Of a stretch of 64,000 bases of DNA, positions 30,428 through 40,842 are shown in pieces. A program made the translations under genes and the position numbers. Positions within the stretch are counted from its first letter, which is position 1; each line of letters opens with the position of its first letter. This stretch comes from Campylobacterales bacterium (GTDB taxonomy: Bacteria; Campylobacterota; Campylobacteria; Campylobacterales; QNZT01). The notes under the pieces are model-generated. The model had not been told where the DNA came from. It made no database searches and was given only the letters and a program-made list of their open reading frames with translations. The stretch spans positions 551-64,550 of the forward strand of contig JALVVN010000024.1 in assembly GCA_027023405.1 (NCBI GenBank). Reading direction: 5' to 3'.

Positions 30428-32488
30428 ATGCAAAAAGATTCTGTATGCGCCTACTGCGGAGTCGGATGCGAGATCACTGCGCATATAGAGAATAATACGA
30501 TAGAGAAAATCACAGCGAAAAAAGAGGCGACGGTAAGCGAGGGGCAACTCTGTGTCAAAGGTAAGTACGGTTTTGACTTTGCCCAAGCGCCCGATCGCTT
30601 ACCGAAAGTGAAGATCAAAAAGAGTTTTTTAGATAAAAATGAACTCTTTCTTCCTAAAGATCTCAAATCCAAACTCTACGCTTATGAGAGTCGTGACGGA
30701 TATATCTATCCAAAGCTAGAAGAGGCGTATGCCTTGGCGGCGTGGAAGCTGAACCAAATTCGTGATCGCTACGGTAACTTCTCCTTTGCTGCGATAGGCG
30801 GTGCGCGCGGGAATTGTGAGAGCTCTTATGTATTTCAAAAATTTACCCGAAAAGTGATCAACTCTCCACATATTGATAACTGTGCGAGAGTTTGCCACGC
30901 ACCGACGCTCAAAGGGATGCGTTCGATTATCGGAGAGGGAGCTGCGACGAATCCTTTTAGTGATATTTACGAGAGTGAATTTATCATCGTGTTTGGCTCC
31001 AATACAACCGAAGCACACCCCATCGTTGCCAACAAGATCATCTCTCAACGCAATAAGGGTGCAGATCTTGCGGTATTTGATGTGCGCAATATTATGCTTT
31101 CCAAAAAGGCGACATATAACTGTATTATCCCCTTTGAAGCCAATCTCCTCATCGCCAATATGCTAGCTTATGTGATTCTCAAAGAGGAACTTTATGATGA
31201 AGCATTTGTGCGAGAGCGGACGGTAGGATTTGAGAGCTATCGCGAGCAGATACTCAGTGATGAGAGTGCCAATCCCGCCTTTTTTGAACAGGTAGAGGGG
31301 TATGAGGAATTAAGTGAGCTGATCCCCAAAGTCGCACGAGCCTATGCAACAAAACGATCGATGATCTTTTGGGGATTGGGTGTGACAGAGCATCTGGACG
31401 GCTCCTATACCACCGCCTCTTTTTGCAATCTTGCACTCTTGACGGGAAATGTCGGAAAAGTGGGCGCGGGTTTGATGCCCCTTCGCGGACAAAACAATGT
31501 CCAAGGCACCTGTGATATGGGATGTTTACCCTATTATGATCCCGATTATGAGAAACCGCTCATCGAAGGGAAAAAGACACCCGATATCATTAATGCGATG
31601 GAGCAGGGGGAGATCAAGGCGCTCTTTAATATGGGTGAGGATATCGCGCATATTCATACCAATCAAAACAAAATTCACAAAGCACTCCAAAATCTCGATC
31701 TACTCATTGTCAATGAACTCTTTGAAAATGAGATCACTAGATATGCCGATATCATTTTTGGGGTCAAGAGCGGGTATGAGAAGAGTGGTATCTATATTAA
31801 TGCCGAACGAAGGTTGCATCTATCTCAACCGTTAGTTTCCAATGACCTACCCGATGATTGGGAGGTGATAGAGGGGATATCGAAGGCGCTAGGAAGTGAG
31901 AAGATCGACTATCAGGATAGTAAAGCGATATGGGAAGAGGTGCGCATCAAAGCACCCAAACGCTTTAGTGGGGCAAGCTATGAGAAGCTCGAAGAGAAGA
32001 GGATCGAGGGGCTTCAATGGCCCATCGGCGAGGAGGAGACGGTGCGACTGCATGAGGAGAGCTTTCGTACCAAAGACGGCAAAGGGCATCTACGCTACAA
32101 AAAGTGGTACCGAAGGGGTATGGTTCATGAGCTGATCTTGGGGAAACGAAATGAATTTTATCTCACCACCGGACGGGTCATTGAGCACTATAACAACGCC
32201 GCACAAACTAAACGAAGCCCTAAGCTATTAAAACGCCACGATGAAGATCTGTTGCTTGTGAGCCAAGAGGATGCGGCATTTTTTGAAGGCAGAGAGAGAG
32301 TGACACTTCGATCCTATTATGGTATCTCAAAACCTCTCAAAATCAAGATCACGAAAAATCTCAAAAAAGGTACCCTCTTTACATCCTTCCATCACGCTCA
32401 AAGTGAGATCAACTTCCTCTTCGGTGATGAGGCGGATGAACTTACCAAAACCGCACGCTTTAAATCTCTCAAGGTTTGGATCGACTAA
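30428..32488 (+). CDS. molybdopterin (bis-MGD) oxidoreductase, formate dehydrogenase alpha-like, cytoplasmic, Cys-type
   Basis: 686 aa: N-terminal 4Fe-4S motif CAYCGVGC...C(VKG), and a NCARVCHAPT motif resembling the FdhF/FdsA active-site region, with Cys rather than an in-frame TGA. No Tat signal. Confidence 0.8.
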   Translation: MQKDSVCAYCGVGCEITAHIENNTIEKITAKKEATVSEGQLCVKGKYGFDFAQAPDRLPKVKIKKSFLDKNELFLPKDLKSKLYAYESRDGYIYPKLEEAYALAAWKLNQIRDRYGNFSFAAIGGARGNCESSYVFQKFTRKVINSPHIDNCARVCHAPTLKGMRSIIGEGAATNPFSDIYESEFIIVFGSNTTEAHPIVANKIISQRNKGADLAVFDVRNIMLSKKATYNCIIPFEANLLIANMLAYVILKEELYDEAFVRERTVGFESYREQILSDESANPAFFEQVEGYEELSELIPKVARAYATKRSMIFWGLGVTEHLDGSYTTASFCNLALLTGNVGKVGAGLMPLRGQNNVQGTCDMGCLPYYDPDYEKPLIEGKKTPDIINAMEQGEIKALFNMGEDIAHIHTNQNKIHKALQNLDLLIVNELFENEITRYADIIFGVKSGYEKSGIYINAERRLHLSQPLVSNDLPDDWEVIEGISKALGSEKIDYQDSKAIWEEVRIKAPKRFSGASYEKLEEKRIEGLQWPIGEEETVRLHEESFRTKDGKGHLRYKKWYRRGMVHELILGKRNEFYLTTGRVIEHYNNAAQTKRSPKLLKRHDEDLLLVSQEDAAFFEGRERVTLRSYYGISKPLKIKITKNLKKGTLFTSFHHAQSEINFLFGDEADELTKTARFKSLKVWID

Positions 32489-32559
32489 ATATTTCAAAAT
32501 GAAATAAAATTTTACCTTTTCTTCCTTTTGTGCTACATTATCCCCTAAAGGAGTAGCTA

Positions 32560-32880
32560 ATGAGTCGGGCAAAAGGAGCAATTGGTGAGGATCGGGCGAT
32601 CCGATATTTAAACAAGAACGGTTTTCGTGTCATAGAACGCAATTTTTACAGCCGTTTTGGTGAGATCGATGTCGTAGCCTTCAAAGAGGGCGTTTTGCAT
32701 TTTATAGAGGTAAAGAGTGGCATTGGAGAGCCGATTTATCAAATCACGCCACGCAAACTTTCACGAATCACAAAGACGGTTGAAATTTATCTACAAAAAC
32801 GGAAAATTAAATTTGATTGGTGTATCGATGCACTAATTGTAACAGATGAGGTGGAATTAGTAGAAAATGTAACGATGTAG
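32560..32880 (+). CDS. yraN: YraN-family (UPF0102) endonuclease-like protein
   Basis: 106 aa: GEDRAIRYLNKNGFRVIERNF..RFGEIDVVAF....LHFIEVK. Confidence 0.85.
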   Translation: MSRAKGAIGEDRAIRYLNKNGFRVIERNFYSRFGEIDVVAFKEGVLHFIEVKSGIGEPIYQITPRKLSRITKTVEIYLQKRKIKFDWCIDALIVTDEVELVENVTM

Positions 32881-32999
32881 TTAACTTTTATGTTAAGAAT
32901 TATTAACCTAGTACGATTTAGCTTGTGAATTGTTTATGACACAAAATCTAAAACGGTGTCATTGACATGCAATTCCAGGTAATAAGGAGACCTCACCCA

Positions 33000-34229
33000 A
33001 TGAAAAGAAAATCCGTATATAAAAGTTTAATCGTATCAGTCGCGCTTAGCGCTTTTTTAGTTGGTTGCGGGAGTAACAGCAGTAATAGCAATAACGAAGA
33101 GAGTCAAACAAGCACTACCATTCAAGGTAAAGCAATTGACGGTTATTTGCAGTATGCGACTGTTTGTCTTGATCTAAATAGTGACGGATATTGTCAAAAT
33201 GACGAGCCTAGTGCACAAACTAAAGAAGATGGTTCTTATAAACTCGAGTTAAGTGCAGCGGTACAAAAAGATCCACGATATGAAAATGCGATGTTACTCG
33301 TTTACGGCGGAAAAGATGTTGATACACAAAGAGATTTTATTGGTAAATTGATGGCGCCCAAAGATAGTGATACTATCAATATTACACCTATTACAACATT
33401 GATCGCTAAAAAAGTGGCACTTGAACTAAAAAAAGATCCAAAAATGGATAAGGAGAAGCTCAAAGAGCATATTAAAGATGCTAAAGAGAAAGTCGCTAAT
33501 ACTTTTGGATTGACAGTATCTGTAGTTGATGACGATCCAATTTTAAATAAGGAAAAGAATCCGAAACTCTTAAAAGAGGCATTGCGTATCCAAAAGTCGC
33601 TTGAGGCATTAAGCGACAAAGAGAGCAGTGATGAGGTGGATAAACTCTATGAGAAGTTGGCAGAAAAGCTAGATGAGATTCAAGGCGATCAAGCAGAGGA
33701 TATTTTCGAGGTGGCATTTAAAGATCATGCGAAGATTCAAGAACTCAAAAAACTACACCATAACATCGACAAAGCGATTGACAAAGGTTTAGCGCTTCCT
33801 GAAATTGCATTTATTGCAAAAGAGGATGTGCAAAAGATTCATGAAGATGAAGATATTGATGAAATAGATAATGATGATCTTATGGACTATGATAAGGATA
33901 AATGGAATAAAGCATTTATCAAAAGTGATTTAGAAGATATTGGCATTAAAAATCCTAGTGATGACCTTATATCAGAGATTCAAGATAAGCTCGGTGATGA
34001 TATTAAACCAGGTGAAATTTTTAAGGCAGAGAATGAACATAAATTTAAATCCGATCAGGATGATGACTTGCAAGAAGTGTTAGAAAAAATTAAAGAACAT
34101 CAGAAAAAAAGTGAAGAGAAGTACGATTCTAAAGATAAACAACAAAATGATACTTCAAAAGGTAAGTCTTATAATGAACCTTCAAGCAATCAGAAGGGAA
34201 AAGATAAACGAGAGTTTTATATGAATTAA
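33000..34229 (+). CDS. acidic/Lys-rich lipoprotein (hypothetical)
   Basis: I prefer ATG 33000 (AAGGAG at 32984-32989). Lipobox AFLVGCGS. The N-terminal module IQGKAIDGYLQYATVCLDLNSDGYC is followed by a long D/E/K-rich helical region. Confidence 0.6.
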   Translation: MKRKSVYKSLIVSVALSAFLVGCGSNSSNSNNEESQTSTTIQGKAIDGYLQYATVCLDLNSDGYCQNDEPSAQTKEDGSYKLELSAAVQKDPRYENAMLLVYGGKDVDTQRDFIGKLMAPKDSDTINITPITTLIAKKVALELKKDPKMDKEKLKEHIKDAKEKVANTFGLTVSVVDDDPILNKEKNPKLLKEALRIQKSLEALSDKESSDEVDKLYEKLAEKLDEIQGDQAEDIFEVAFKDHAKIQELKKLHHNIDKAIDKGLALPEIAFIAKEDVQKIHEDEDIDEIDNDDLMDYDKDKWNKAFIKSDLEDIGIKNPSDDLISEIQDKLGDDIKPGEIFKAENEHKFKSDQDDDLQEVLEKIKEHQKKSEEKYDSKDKQQNDTSKGKSYNEPSSNQKGKDKREFYMN

Positions 34230-34234
34230 TTAGC

Positions 34235-34268
34235 ATACTGAACTGAGCTTAATTGTTCAGTTCAGTAT
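34235..34268. terminator. 12 bp perfect hairpin between convergent genes (candidate bidirectional terminator)
   Basis: ATACTGAACTGA at 34235-34246 pairs with TCAGTTCAGTAT at 34257-34268, with a 10 nt loop. It lies between stops at 34229 (+) and 34274 (-). Confidence 0.5.
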
Positions 34269-34273
34269 CAAGC

Positions 34274-34930
34274 TTAATGCTCTGTAATTTTGTGGACATT
34301 GGCTTTTGGAGTAGCCTGTTCAACCTCTTCAAGTTGATTTAGATCAGCACTATCAAGAAGCTCTTTTTTTGGAATCACAATACTCACAATTACAAGCGCA
34401 ATACCAAAGAGTAAGATTGCAATATCTTCATGACCATGAAAAAAATCAGTCAGTTTGGTTTTACCCATGCTCTCTCCCATGATTTTTTTGAAAAAATCAT
34501 CATAAAAGAGATCAAATACCAATCCGCCTACAAGTCCTCCGATAGCGCCGACAAGTACATCGATTCGTCCTTCAGCAATGGAGATAGGACCTGTTCCAGG
34601 GCATTTACCTAGAATCGCCATAGAGATGCCAAAAAGTGCTCCTCCAACTATTAAACCGCCTAGAATCATTGGCTTGATATGATAATGTGCATAACCAAGT
34701 TTGATCATAAAATAGAGCCCAATACTTGCTAAACCAATAGCTAAAAAGAGCATTTTGGGTACGATTGTATCTTTTAGCATTGCAAAGCCGGCAATTTTTT
34801 CAAATTTATCGACACGAGAGTATTGAATAATCGCTCCAAAAACAATACCTATACCGAAGATGAGTAAAAGAGAACCGTGTCCTTGTGTCGAGGCAGTTGT
34901 GAACATGTTTTCTATGCGTTCGAATAGCAT
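34274..34930 (-). CDS. YeeE/YedE-family sulfur-compound transporter component
   Basis: 218 aa polytopic membrane protein with the conserved Cys motif LGKCPGTGP. Confidence 0.72.
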   Translation of the reverse strand: MLFERIENMFTTASTQGHGSLLLIFGIGIVFGAIIQYSRVDKFEKIAGFAMLKDTIVPKMLFLAIGLASIGLYFMIKLGYAHYHIKPMILGGLIVGGALFGISMAILGKCPGTGPISIAEGRIDVLVGAIGGLVGGLVFDLFYDDFFKKIMGESMGKTKLTDFFHGHEDIAILLFGIALVIVSIVIPKKELLDSADLNQLEEVEQATPKANVHKITEH

Positions 34931-35436
34931 TATTTATCCTCCGATTTGTAAAATAGTTTTCCTGTTACAATAAGTGCTACTAAAACTGTTGTCCCAAAGA
35001 TGATTGAAGATATTGCCCCTTGACTCATCCCTGAAAGAAAGTGTCCACTTGTGCATCCACCGGCAAGTCTTGCACCGATTATGAGAAAAAATCCTGCAAT
35101 AAAACTCCAAATCATACGACTTGCTACAGAATTGTTTTTGTATTGCTTCCACGCTGTTGGAATTAACGAAATACGAAAACTTTTTGTGATAAATACCGAA
35201 GTGATAAATCCACCAAAAAGTGCACCAAGTAGCATCACACCTTCCCAAGCTCCAGGTTTGTTTACATGCTTGAGGTAACTATATTTTTCAGGATCAAGAT
35301 TAAAAAGGATACCGGAAAAATAGGGTACATAGGTTGAGGCACCGAGTGGTCTATTGGCTCCAAATGTTGAAAATGTGAAGAGTAGGAGTATCGCCATCAA
35401 GATACCGCCTGCCCACCAAGAGAGTCGTCTATGCAT
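34930..35436 (-). CDS. YeeE/YedE-family sulfur-compound transporter component
   Basis: 168 aa polytopic membrane protein with RLAGGCTSGHFLSG. Overlaps the downstream partner by 1 nt. Confidence 0.75.
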   Translation of the reverse strand: MHRRLSWWAGGILMAILLLFTFSTFGANRPLGASTYVPYFSGILFNLDPEKYSYLKHVNKPGAWEGVMLLGALFGGFITSVFITKSFRISLIPTAWKQYKNNSVASRMIWSFIAGFFLIIGARLAGGCTSGHFLSGMSQGAISSIIFGTTVLVALIVTGKLFYKSEDK

Positions 35437-35544
35437 TGTATCTCCTTATATTTAAGATAAGTTTTTATTGTATACGAAGTATACGAAAAGTATGAGAAAT
35501 TTTGTATATTAATAATATTGATTAGAGGGATTAATAATATTAAT

Positions 35545-35570
35545 AAGGAGAGAAGAGACTACTTCTCCTT
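35545..35570 (-). terminator. hairpin overlapping the infC stop, followed by a T-rich tract on the minus strand
   Basis: AAGGAG 35545-35550 pairs with CTCCTT 35565-35570, plus AAG 35553-35555 with CTT 35562-35564. The minus-strand downstream sequence is TTATTAATATTATTAAT. Confidence 0.4.
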
Positions 35571-36125
35571 ATCTTTTTTGGGCACTGTGTACATATTGAC
35601 ATAACGCCCTTCAAATTTTGGCTCGTGTTCTTTAGTGGCGATATCTTCGACCATCGGCCATACACGGTTAAGCACCTCTACGCCGGCTTCAGGGTGTTGC
35701 ATCTCTCGTCCTCGTAAAAAGACACGAAATTTGACATGTTTGCCCGCTTCGAGAAATTCTCGTGCATGCTTGACCTTGTAGTTGATATCATTTTCTGCGA
35801 TTTTAACAGAGAGTTTGATCTCTTTGACTTCGATCTTTTTCTGTTTTTTCTTTGCCTCTTTTTTCTTTTTTTCGGCTTGATATTTGAATTTGCCGTAGTC
35901 CATGATCTTGGCTACAGGGGGTTTTGCATCCGGTGCAATAAGAACAAGGTCTAGACCCTTATCCTCTGCAATATTGAGTGCTTCACGAGAGGAGATGATT
36001 CCAAATTGGTTCCCCTCTTCGTCCATACATCGTACTTCATTCACGCGTAAGACATCTGCATTTAAAAGTGTAGTGTCCTTTTTTCTTCTTCCTTTATCTT
36101 TGTCGTTTCTTCTGTTATCTCTCAA
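35559..36125 (-). CDS. infC: translation initiation factor IF-3
   Basis: 188 aa: [44 protein letters not shown], and a C-terminal domain. The start is uncertain: the track's TTG overlaps the thrS stop as TTGA, and IF-3 genes often use atypical starts. Confidence 0.9.
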   Translation of the reverse strand: MRDNRRNDKDKGRRKKDTTLLNADVLRVNEVRCMDEEGNQFGIISSREALNIAEDKGLDLVLIAPDAKPPVAKIMDYGKFKYQAEKKKKEAKKKQKKIEVKEIKLSVKIAENDINYKVKHAREFLEAGKHVKFRVFLRGREMQHPEAGVEVLNRVWPMVEDIATKEHEPKFEGRYVNMYTVPKKDKEK

Positions 36126-37960
36126 AAGTGTACCTCATCCATTTTCTCCTTTATGAGTTTGTAAAATTGCTCTTTTTCTAGCGTATATTGCTCTCTGCTT
36201 CGCCTATCCCGTACAGCGACCTTTCCTTCTGAAACCTCTTCATCTCCAACGACGATGATCATCGGTACTCGCTCTTTTTCTGCATTTCTGATGCGTTTGT
36301 TGAGCGACTCATTTTTCGAGGAGATTTCACAGTCGATTTCCATTGCCGTGAGATCACTCGCTATCGACTTGGCATAGTCGAGATGCGTATCCGCAATCGG
36401 TACGATAATGACCTGCGTCGGTGCGATAAAGAACGGCAATTCACCTGCTGTATGCTCTATCAAGATACCGATAAAGCGCTCAAACGATCCCAAGATCGCA
36501 CGGTGAAGCATCACCGGTTGCGATTTTTCATTGTTTTCGTTGGTATATTCTAGCAAAAAGCGTTCCGGTAGGTTAAAATCGACCTGTATCGTACCGCACT
36601 GCCACTTTCGCTTGAGACTATCTTTGATCTTGATATCGATCTTTGGACCGTAAAACGCCCCGCCCCCTTCATCGATACCGTAATGGATACCGCTCTCATC
36701 AAGCGCATCTTTGAGTCCTTGTGTGGCGCTCTCCCAAATCTCATCGCTTCCGATCGCTTTCTCCGGTTTGGTGGAGATCTCTAGCTCATATTCAAAGCCG
36801 AAGCTTTGCATGATTTCATCGACAAAGCCCAATACTTCAAGTACATTCTCCTTGATTTGTTTAGGGGTGCAGTAGATGTGGGCGTCATCTTGGGTAAACT
36901 CCCTCACACGAAAGAGTCCGTGTAGTGCACCGCTCATTTCATGACGATGCACTACACCATACTCAAAAAATTTGAGAGGCAGATCACGATAACTGCGAAG
37001 TTCACTTTGGTAGATCTTGATATGTCCGACACAGTTCATCGGCTTGATACCGTATTCAACGATTTTTGGATTTTCATCATCACCTTCGTTGATCTTAGTA
37101 AAATACATATTCTCACCGTAATTTTGGTAGTGACCGCTGATCTTCCATGCTTCACTCTTAAGCAGTTCAGGTCCTCGTACCGGTTGATAGCCTCTCTTTC
37201 GGTGTGCTTTGTAGAGAAGATGCTCGAGTTTACTTCTGAGTCTCGCACCGTTTGGCAGCCACAACGGTAAACCCGCACCTATCGACTCATCAAAGGTAAA
37301 GAGCTTCAAATCATTACCCAGTTTTCTATGATCTCGCTTTTTTGCCTCTTCAATCATTGTGAGATAATCTCTGAGTGCCTCTTTATCGGCAAAAGCCGTA
37401 CCGTAAATCCGAGTGAGCATCTCATTGTTTTGATCACCGCCTAGATAGGCACCGGCGATTTTTGTGAGTTTGAAGTTGTGTAGGAGTTTGGTATTTGGGA
37501 CATGAGGACCACGGCAGAGATCTTCAAATTCACCCTGCTTGTAGGTAGTGAGTGTCTCATCGTCGATCTTGGATAGAACGGCAAGCTTTAGCGGATCGTT
37601 TCCAAATTTTTGCATAATCTCATCGCGCGAATATGAGGCTTTTTCGATTTCATACTTTTTCTTGATGAACTCTTTCATCTTCTTTTCGATGGTTTTGAGA
37701 TCGCTATCGCTGATCTTTTGGGAAGTTTTAAAGTCGTAGTAAAAACCATCCTCTACATTGGGACCGACAAAAAACTGAGCATCGGGGTATAGTGCTTTGA
37801 TCGCTTGTGCCATCAAATGTGCGGTAGAGTGTCGAATAATCTCAAGTGCTTCGGGAGAGTTGTCGTAGAGTATTTTCTCGCCCTCAATTCCTTCTAGCCG
37901 GGCAGTCTGTGTGTCGTAGATCACACCATCTTTTTTGTAGCCGATAACTATCTCTTCCAA
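36122..37960 (-). CDS. thrS: threonine--tRNA ligase
   Basis: 612 aa: TGS-like N-terminus, editing-domain [10 protein letters not shown], and class II motifs ([26 protein letters not shown]; [11 protein letters not shown]). TTG start. Confidence 0.96.
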   Translation of the reverse strand: MEEIVIGYKKDGVIYDTQTARLEGIEGEKILYDNSPEALEIIRHSTAHLMAQAIKALYPDAQFFVGPNVEDGFYYDFKTSQKISDSDLKTIEKKMKEFIKKKYEIEKASYSRDEIMQKFGNDPLKLAVLSKIDDETLTTYKQGEFEDLCRGPHVPNTKLLHNFKLTKIAGAYLGGDQNNEMLTRIYGTAFADKEALRDYLTMIEEAKKRDHRKLGNDLKLFTFDESIGAGLPLWLPNGARLRSKLEHLLYKAHRKRGYQPVRGPELLKSEAWKISGHYQNYGENMYFTKINEGDDENPKIVEYGIKPMNCVGHIKIYQSELRSYRDLPLKFFEYGVVHRHEMSGALHGLFRVREFTQDDAHIYCTPKQIKENVLEVLGFVDEIMQSFGFEYELEISTKPEKAIGSDEIWESATQGLKDALDESGIHYGIDEGGGAFYGPKIDIKIKDSLKRKWQCGTIQVDFNLPERFLLEYTNENNEKSQPVMLHRAILGSFERFIGILIEHTAGELPFFIAPTQVIIVPIADTHLDYAKSIASDLTAMEIDCEISSKNESLNKRIRNAEKERVPMIIVVGDEEVSEGKVAVRDRRSREQYTLEKEQFYKLIKEKMDEVHF

Positions 37961-38062
37961 TAAAAACCTTTTCGTTGATGTAAATTTATCGCCATTATAT
38001 CGTAATTTTGCTTATGTTCGCGTGGATTTTTGATAAGCAGAGAGGATGTAAATTTGATCCTC

Positions 38063-40675
38063 TTACATTCCGCCTAAAGAATCTTTTGTGTATATATCCA
38101 CACTTACTTCCTCTTCTCTGCTCCCATCTACTTCATATTGACCGGTATATGTAGCCTTAATAGATACTGTACCTGCTTTTTTTGCAGTTACAGTACCGTC
38201 ATTAGCAACGGTTGCAATGGATGGATCTGAGCTAGTCCAAACAATATCATTTGCAATATCAATATTGCTATCTATGCTAAATTTATAATTTGCACCTACT
38301 TGCATTACAGGTTCATAATCTAATATATTAAAATAGACATAGGGTTTGATGACTCTTATGTCAATATTTGTACTGTTTGTATCCGTTTTATATTGATTGC
38401 CGGAATATTTAGCATAAATTGTGACTTTGCCCGTCTTTATTCCTGTAACATTTCCATCAGATGTGACTGTTGCAATGGATGGATCGGAACTACTCCAACT
38501 GATATCTTTTGTTATATCTATATGTTTGTATGATGGTGTGAGTGTTGCATTAATTTTAAGTTGCCGTGTTTTACCTACATATAACATAGGAAAATCATAT
38601 CGAATAGAATAATTTAGTTTTGGTTCATAAATATTCAATGAGGTAGAGGCGCTTTTTTCATCTTTCGTGCCTTTTTTATAGTAAACTGTAATCTGTACAC
38701 TTCCTTCCGATTTAGCAGTGACATTTCCATCATTGTTCACTGTTGCAACTTTAGTATCGTTGCTTTCCCAAGTGATATCTTGATAGATAGATGATCCATA
38801 ATCTCCCATGATTTCAGGTTCAAGTTTATAACTCTCTCCAATGCTAATTTTACGATCAATGCCCCAAAAAGTGATATCATAGACTCGTGTTGGTTCAACA
38901 CTTATATGATAATTTGTAGTAACATTTCCATCTTTTGACGGATATATAATGTTTAAGTCTCCACCACCTACTTTGAGTGCTGTTATATTCCCATCTTTAA
39001 CTGTAAAGATAGCAGGGTGTAGATTTTGGTAAATGACTTGATCACTTACATCTTCCTCTTTTCCGTCAGTGTATCTTCCTGTCACATTTAATTTTACACT
39101 CTCGCCTTCATGGAGTTGATAGTTTTTCTCAATATATAATTGATATATTTTTGGTGGTACAATTTGAATATTGATTGCATCATGTAGATTTTTGTAGTTG
39201 GCTTTGAGTGTAATATTTCCCTCTTTGATTGCATAGAGTCCATCTCTATGATAGCGATTCTCTTGAAGATATGTAGGATAGATAATAGCTGCTTGTTGAT
39301 CATAGGTATTTGGTCTCAAAGTACCCTCTCCAATAAATTTTACGGCATCGGCATCGCCCTCTACCTTCCAAGCGGAAACATCAGAAAGATACTTATCGGA
39401 TTCATCAGTCGTTGTATTTGAATCATCGTTATAATAGCCGACTATCCCTGCATCTATACTCATACCGACAGGTACTTTGCGTGTCGGAGTAAAGATCTTG
39501 ATCTTTTTGATAGGGCTCTTTTTAATTTCAAGATCTACTTTGTCTGTCAGATCAAAGAGAGTTGCAAGAAGAGAAGCGTTTCCTTCTCCGATTGCTCGAA
39601 TACGATTGTCATTATCCATATTGCTTAGCAGTGGTGATTTGCTGTTAAAGATGACTTGTTGTGTCACATCTTTGACTAAATTGTTATCACTATAGTAGCC
39701 TTTGACGCTAAATATTGCATCCCTGCCTAGAGCAAGATCAGTTAACTGGGCTAGAGTCGGTTTTTGTATCTCTATCTTTGTAAGAGTCGTATGAGTGACG
39801 CGGATATCTGCTGTAGTTGAGAGCTTGCCATATTTGGCGGTGATGACGCTAGTTCCCTCTTTGAGTGCAGTCACTTTACCGTTTTTATCGACTTTTGCTA
39901 CTGACGGATCACTTGAGGTAAATTTTATACCGGTGGCAATGATACTTTTTATCTCTTTATCGTCTATTTTGTAGATACCTTGTAGTGTGAGTGTATCATC
40001 CAAGCCTTGAGATATGTCGAGCGAATCTTTGGTAAATTCAATTGATACCGGTTTTTTCCCGTCAACAAGGTTGATTCTTAGATGTTTTTGCGCGACATCT
40101 TCAGGAACTAGTGATACTCCAAGTTTATACTCTACCAACCCTTCTATTTTGTTTAATGTTAAGGTTGCTATCTCTTTATTTTTTAAGTCATTTGACTGAA
40201 ACTGTTTAGCGGTATCGGGCGTAATTTTTATCTCTTTTTTGTACTCTCCGTCATCATCAAGTGTTTGAAAAAATCGTGCCAATTTTATAACTTGTGGATC
40301 GTTGACTTCGCTCCTTTTGATTCCTAAGATATCTTGCGGATAAATCTTTTTGTCTTTAGGAAATAGATTCTTTGATACCGATCCGATTTTTAAATTACCC
40401 ACACTAAAGGTCACTGGCAATTCATCGCACACAAACTTTCCATCATTATCGGTGGTGCTACTTTTTTGACCGCAGTGATACCCTAGACCCACGATAGGTG
40501 CATCGACGACATAACCTACGATTTTTTCATTTGAAGTTTTTTGATGGTTGTTTTGTTGAGAATGATTTAGAGCAGGAGATTCTTTGGAATTCTCTGGGGA
40601 GCCACTATCTCCACCACACCCAAGCAACCAACTGGAAACAGCCAATGAAAGCCCAAAAAATAGAATTTTGTTCAT
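38063..40675 (-). CDS. large surface lipoprotein with multiple bacterial Ig-like (Big_2-type) domains
   Basis: 870 aa with lipobox SWLLGCGG. Repeated signatures: SSDPSVAKVDKNGKVTALKEGTSVITAKY, WESNDTKVATVNNDGNVTAKSEGSVQITVYY, SSSDPSIATVTSDGNVTGIKTGKVTIYAKY, TSSDPSIATVANDGTVTAKKAGTVSIKATY. Confidence 0.8.
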   Translation of the reverse strand: MNKILFFGLSLAVSSWLLGCGGDSGSPENSKESPALNHSQQNNHQKTSNEKIVGYVVDAPIVGLGYHCGQKSSTTDNDGKFVCDELPVTFSVGNLKIGSVSKNLFPKDKKIYPQDILGIKRSEVNDPQVIKLARFFQTLDDDGEYKKEIKITPDTAKQFQSNDLKNKEIATLTLNKIEGLVEYKLGVSLVPEDVAQKHLRINLVDGKKPVSIEFTKDSLDISQGLDDTLTLQGIYKIDDKEIKSIIATGIKFTSSDPSVAKVDKNGKVTALKEGTSVITAKYGKLSTTADIRVTHTTLTKIEIQKPTLAQLTDLALGRDAIFSVKGYYSDNNLVKDVTQQVIFNSKSPLLSNMDNDNRIRAIGEGNASLLATLFDLTDKVDLEIKKSPIKKIKIFTPTRKVPVGMSIDAGIVGYYNDDSNTTTDESDKYLSDVSAWKVEGDADAVKFIGEGTLRPNTYDQQAAIIYPTYLQENRYHRDGLYAIKEGNITLKANYKNLHDAINIQIVPPKIYQLYIEKNYQLHEGESVKLNVTGRYTDGKEEDVSDQVIYQNLHPAIFTVKDGNITALKVGGGDLNIIYPSKDGNVTTNYHISVEPTRVYDITFWGIDRKISIGESYKLEPEIMGDYGSSIYQDITWESNDTKVATVNNDGNVTAKSEGSVQITVYYKKGTKDEKSASTSLNIYEPKLNYSIRYDFPMLYVGKTRQLKINATLTPSYKHIDITKDISWSSSDPSIATVTSDGNVTGIKTGKVTIYAKYSGNQYKTDTNSTNIDIRVIKPYVYFNILDYEPVMQVGANYKFSIDSNIDIANDIVWTSSDPSIATVANDGTVTAKKAGTVSIKATYTGQYEVDGSREEEVSVDIYTKDSLGGM

Positions 40676-40842
40676 ACATTTTCCTTAAAAATTAATGATA
40701 GATTATAACCAAACCTAAATATTGGAACCTTTAACCCAAAAGTTGCATTAGCCGGCACATCATCTGCATTGATTATTAGCGACATGGCGATTGAAGCAAA
40801 GCCTCTGAAGAGTGGAAATAGATTTTAGGAAGTATTAGTAAA

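Noticed and set aside
30428-32488. Possible selenocysteine (in-frame TGA plus SECIS) in the formate-dehydrogenase-like gene.
   Set aside because: The ORF is uninterrupted and the active-site position reads Cys (ARVCHAPT), so no recoding is needed.
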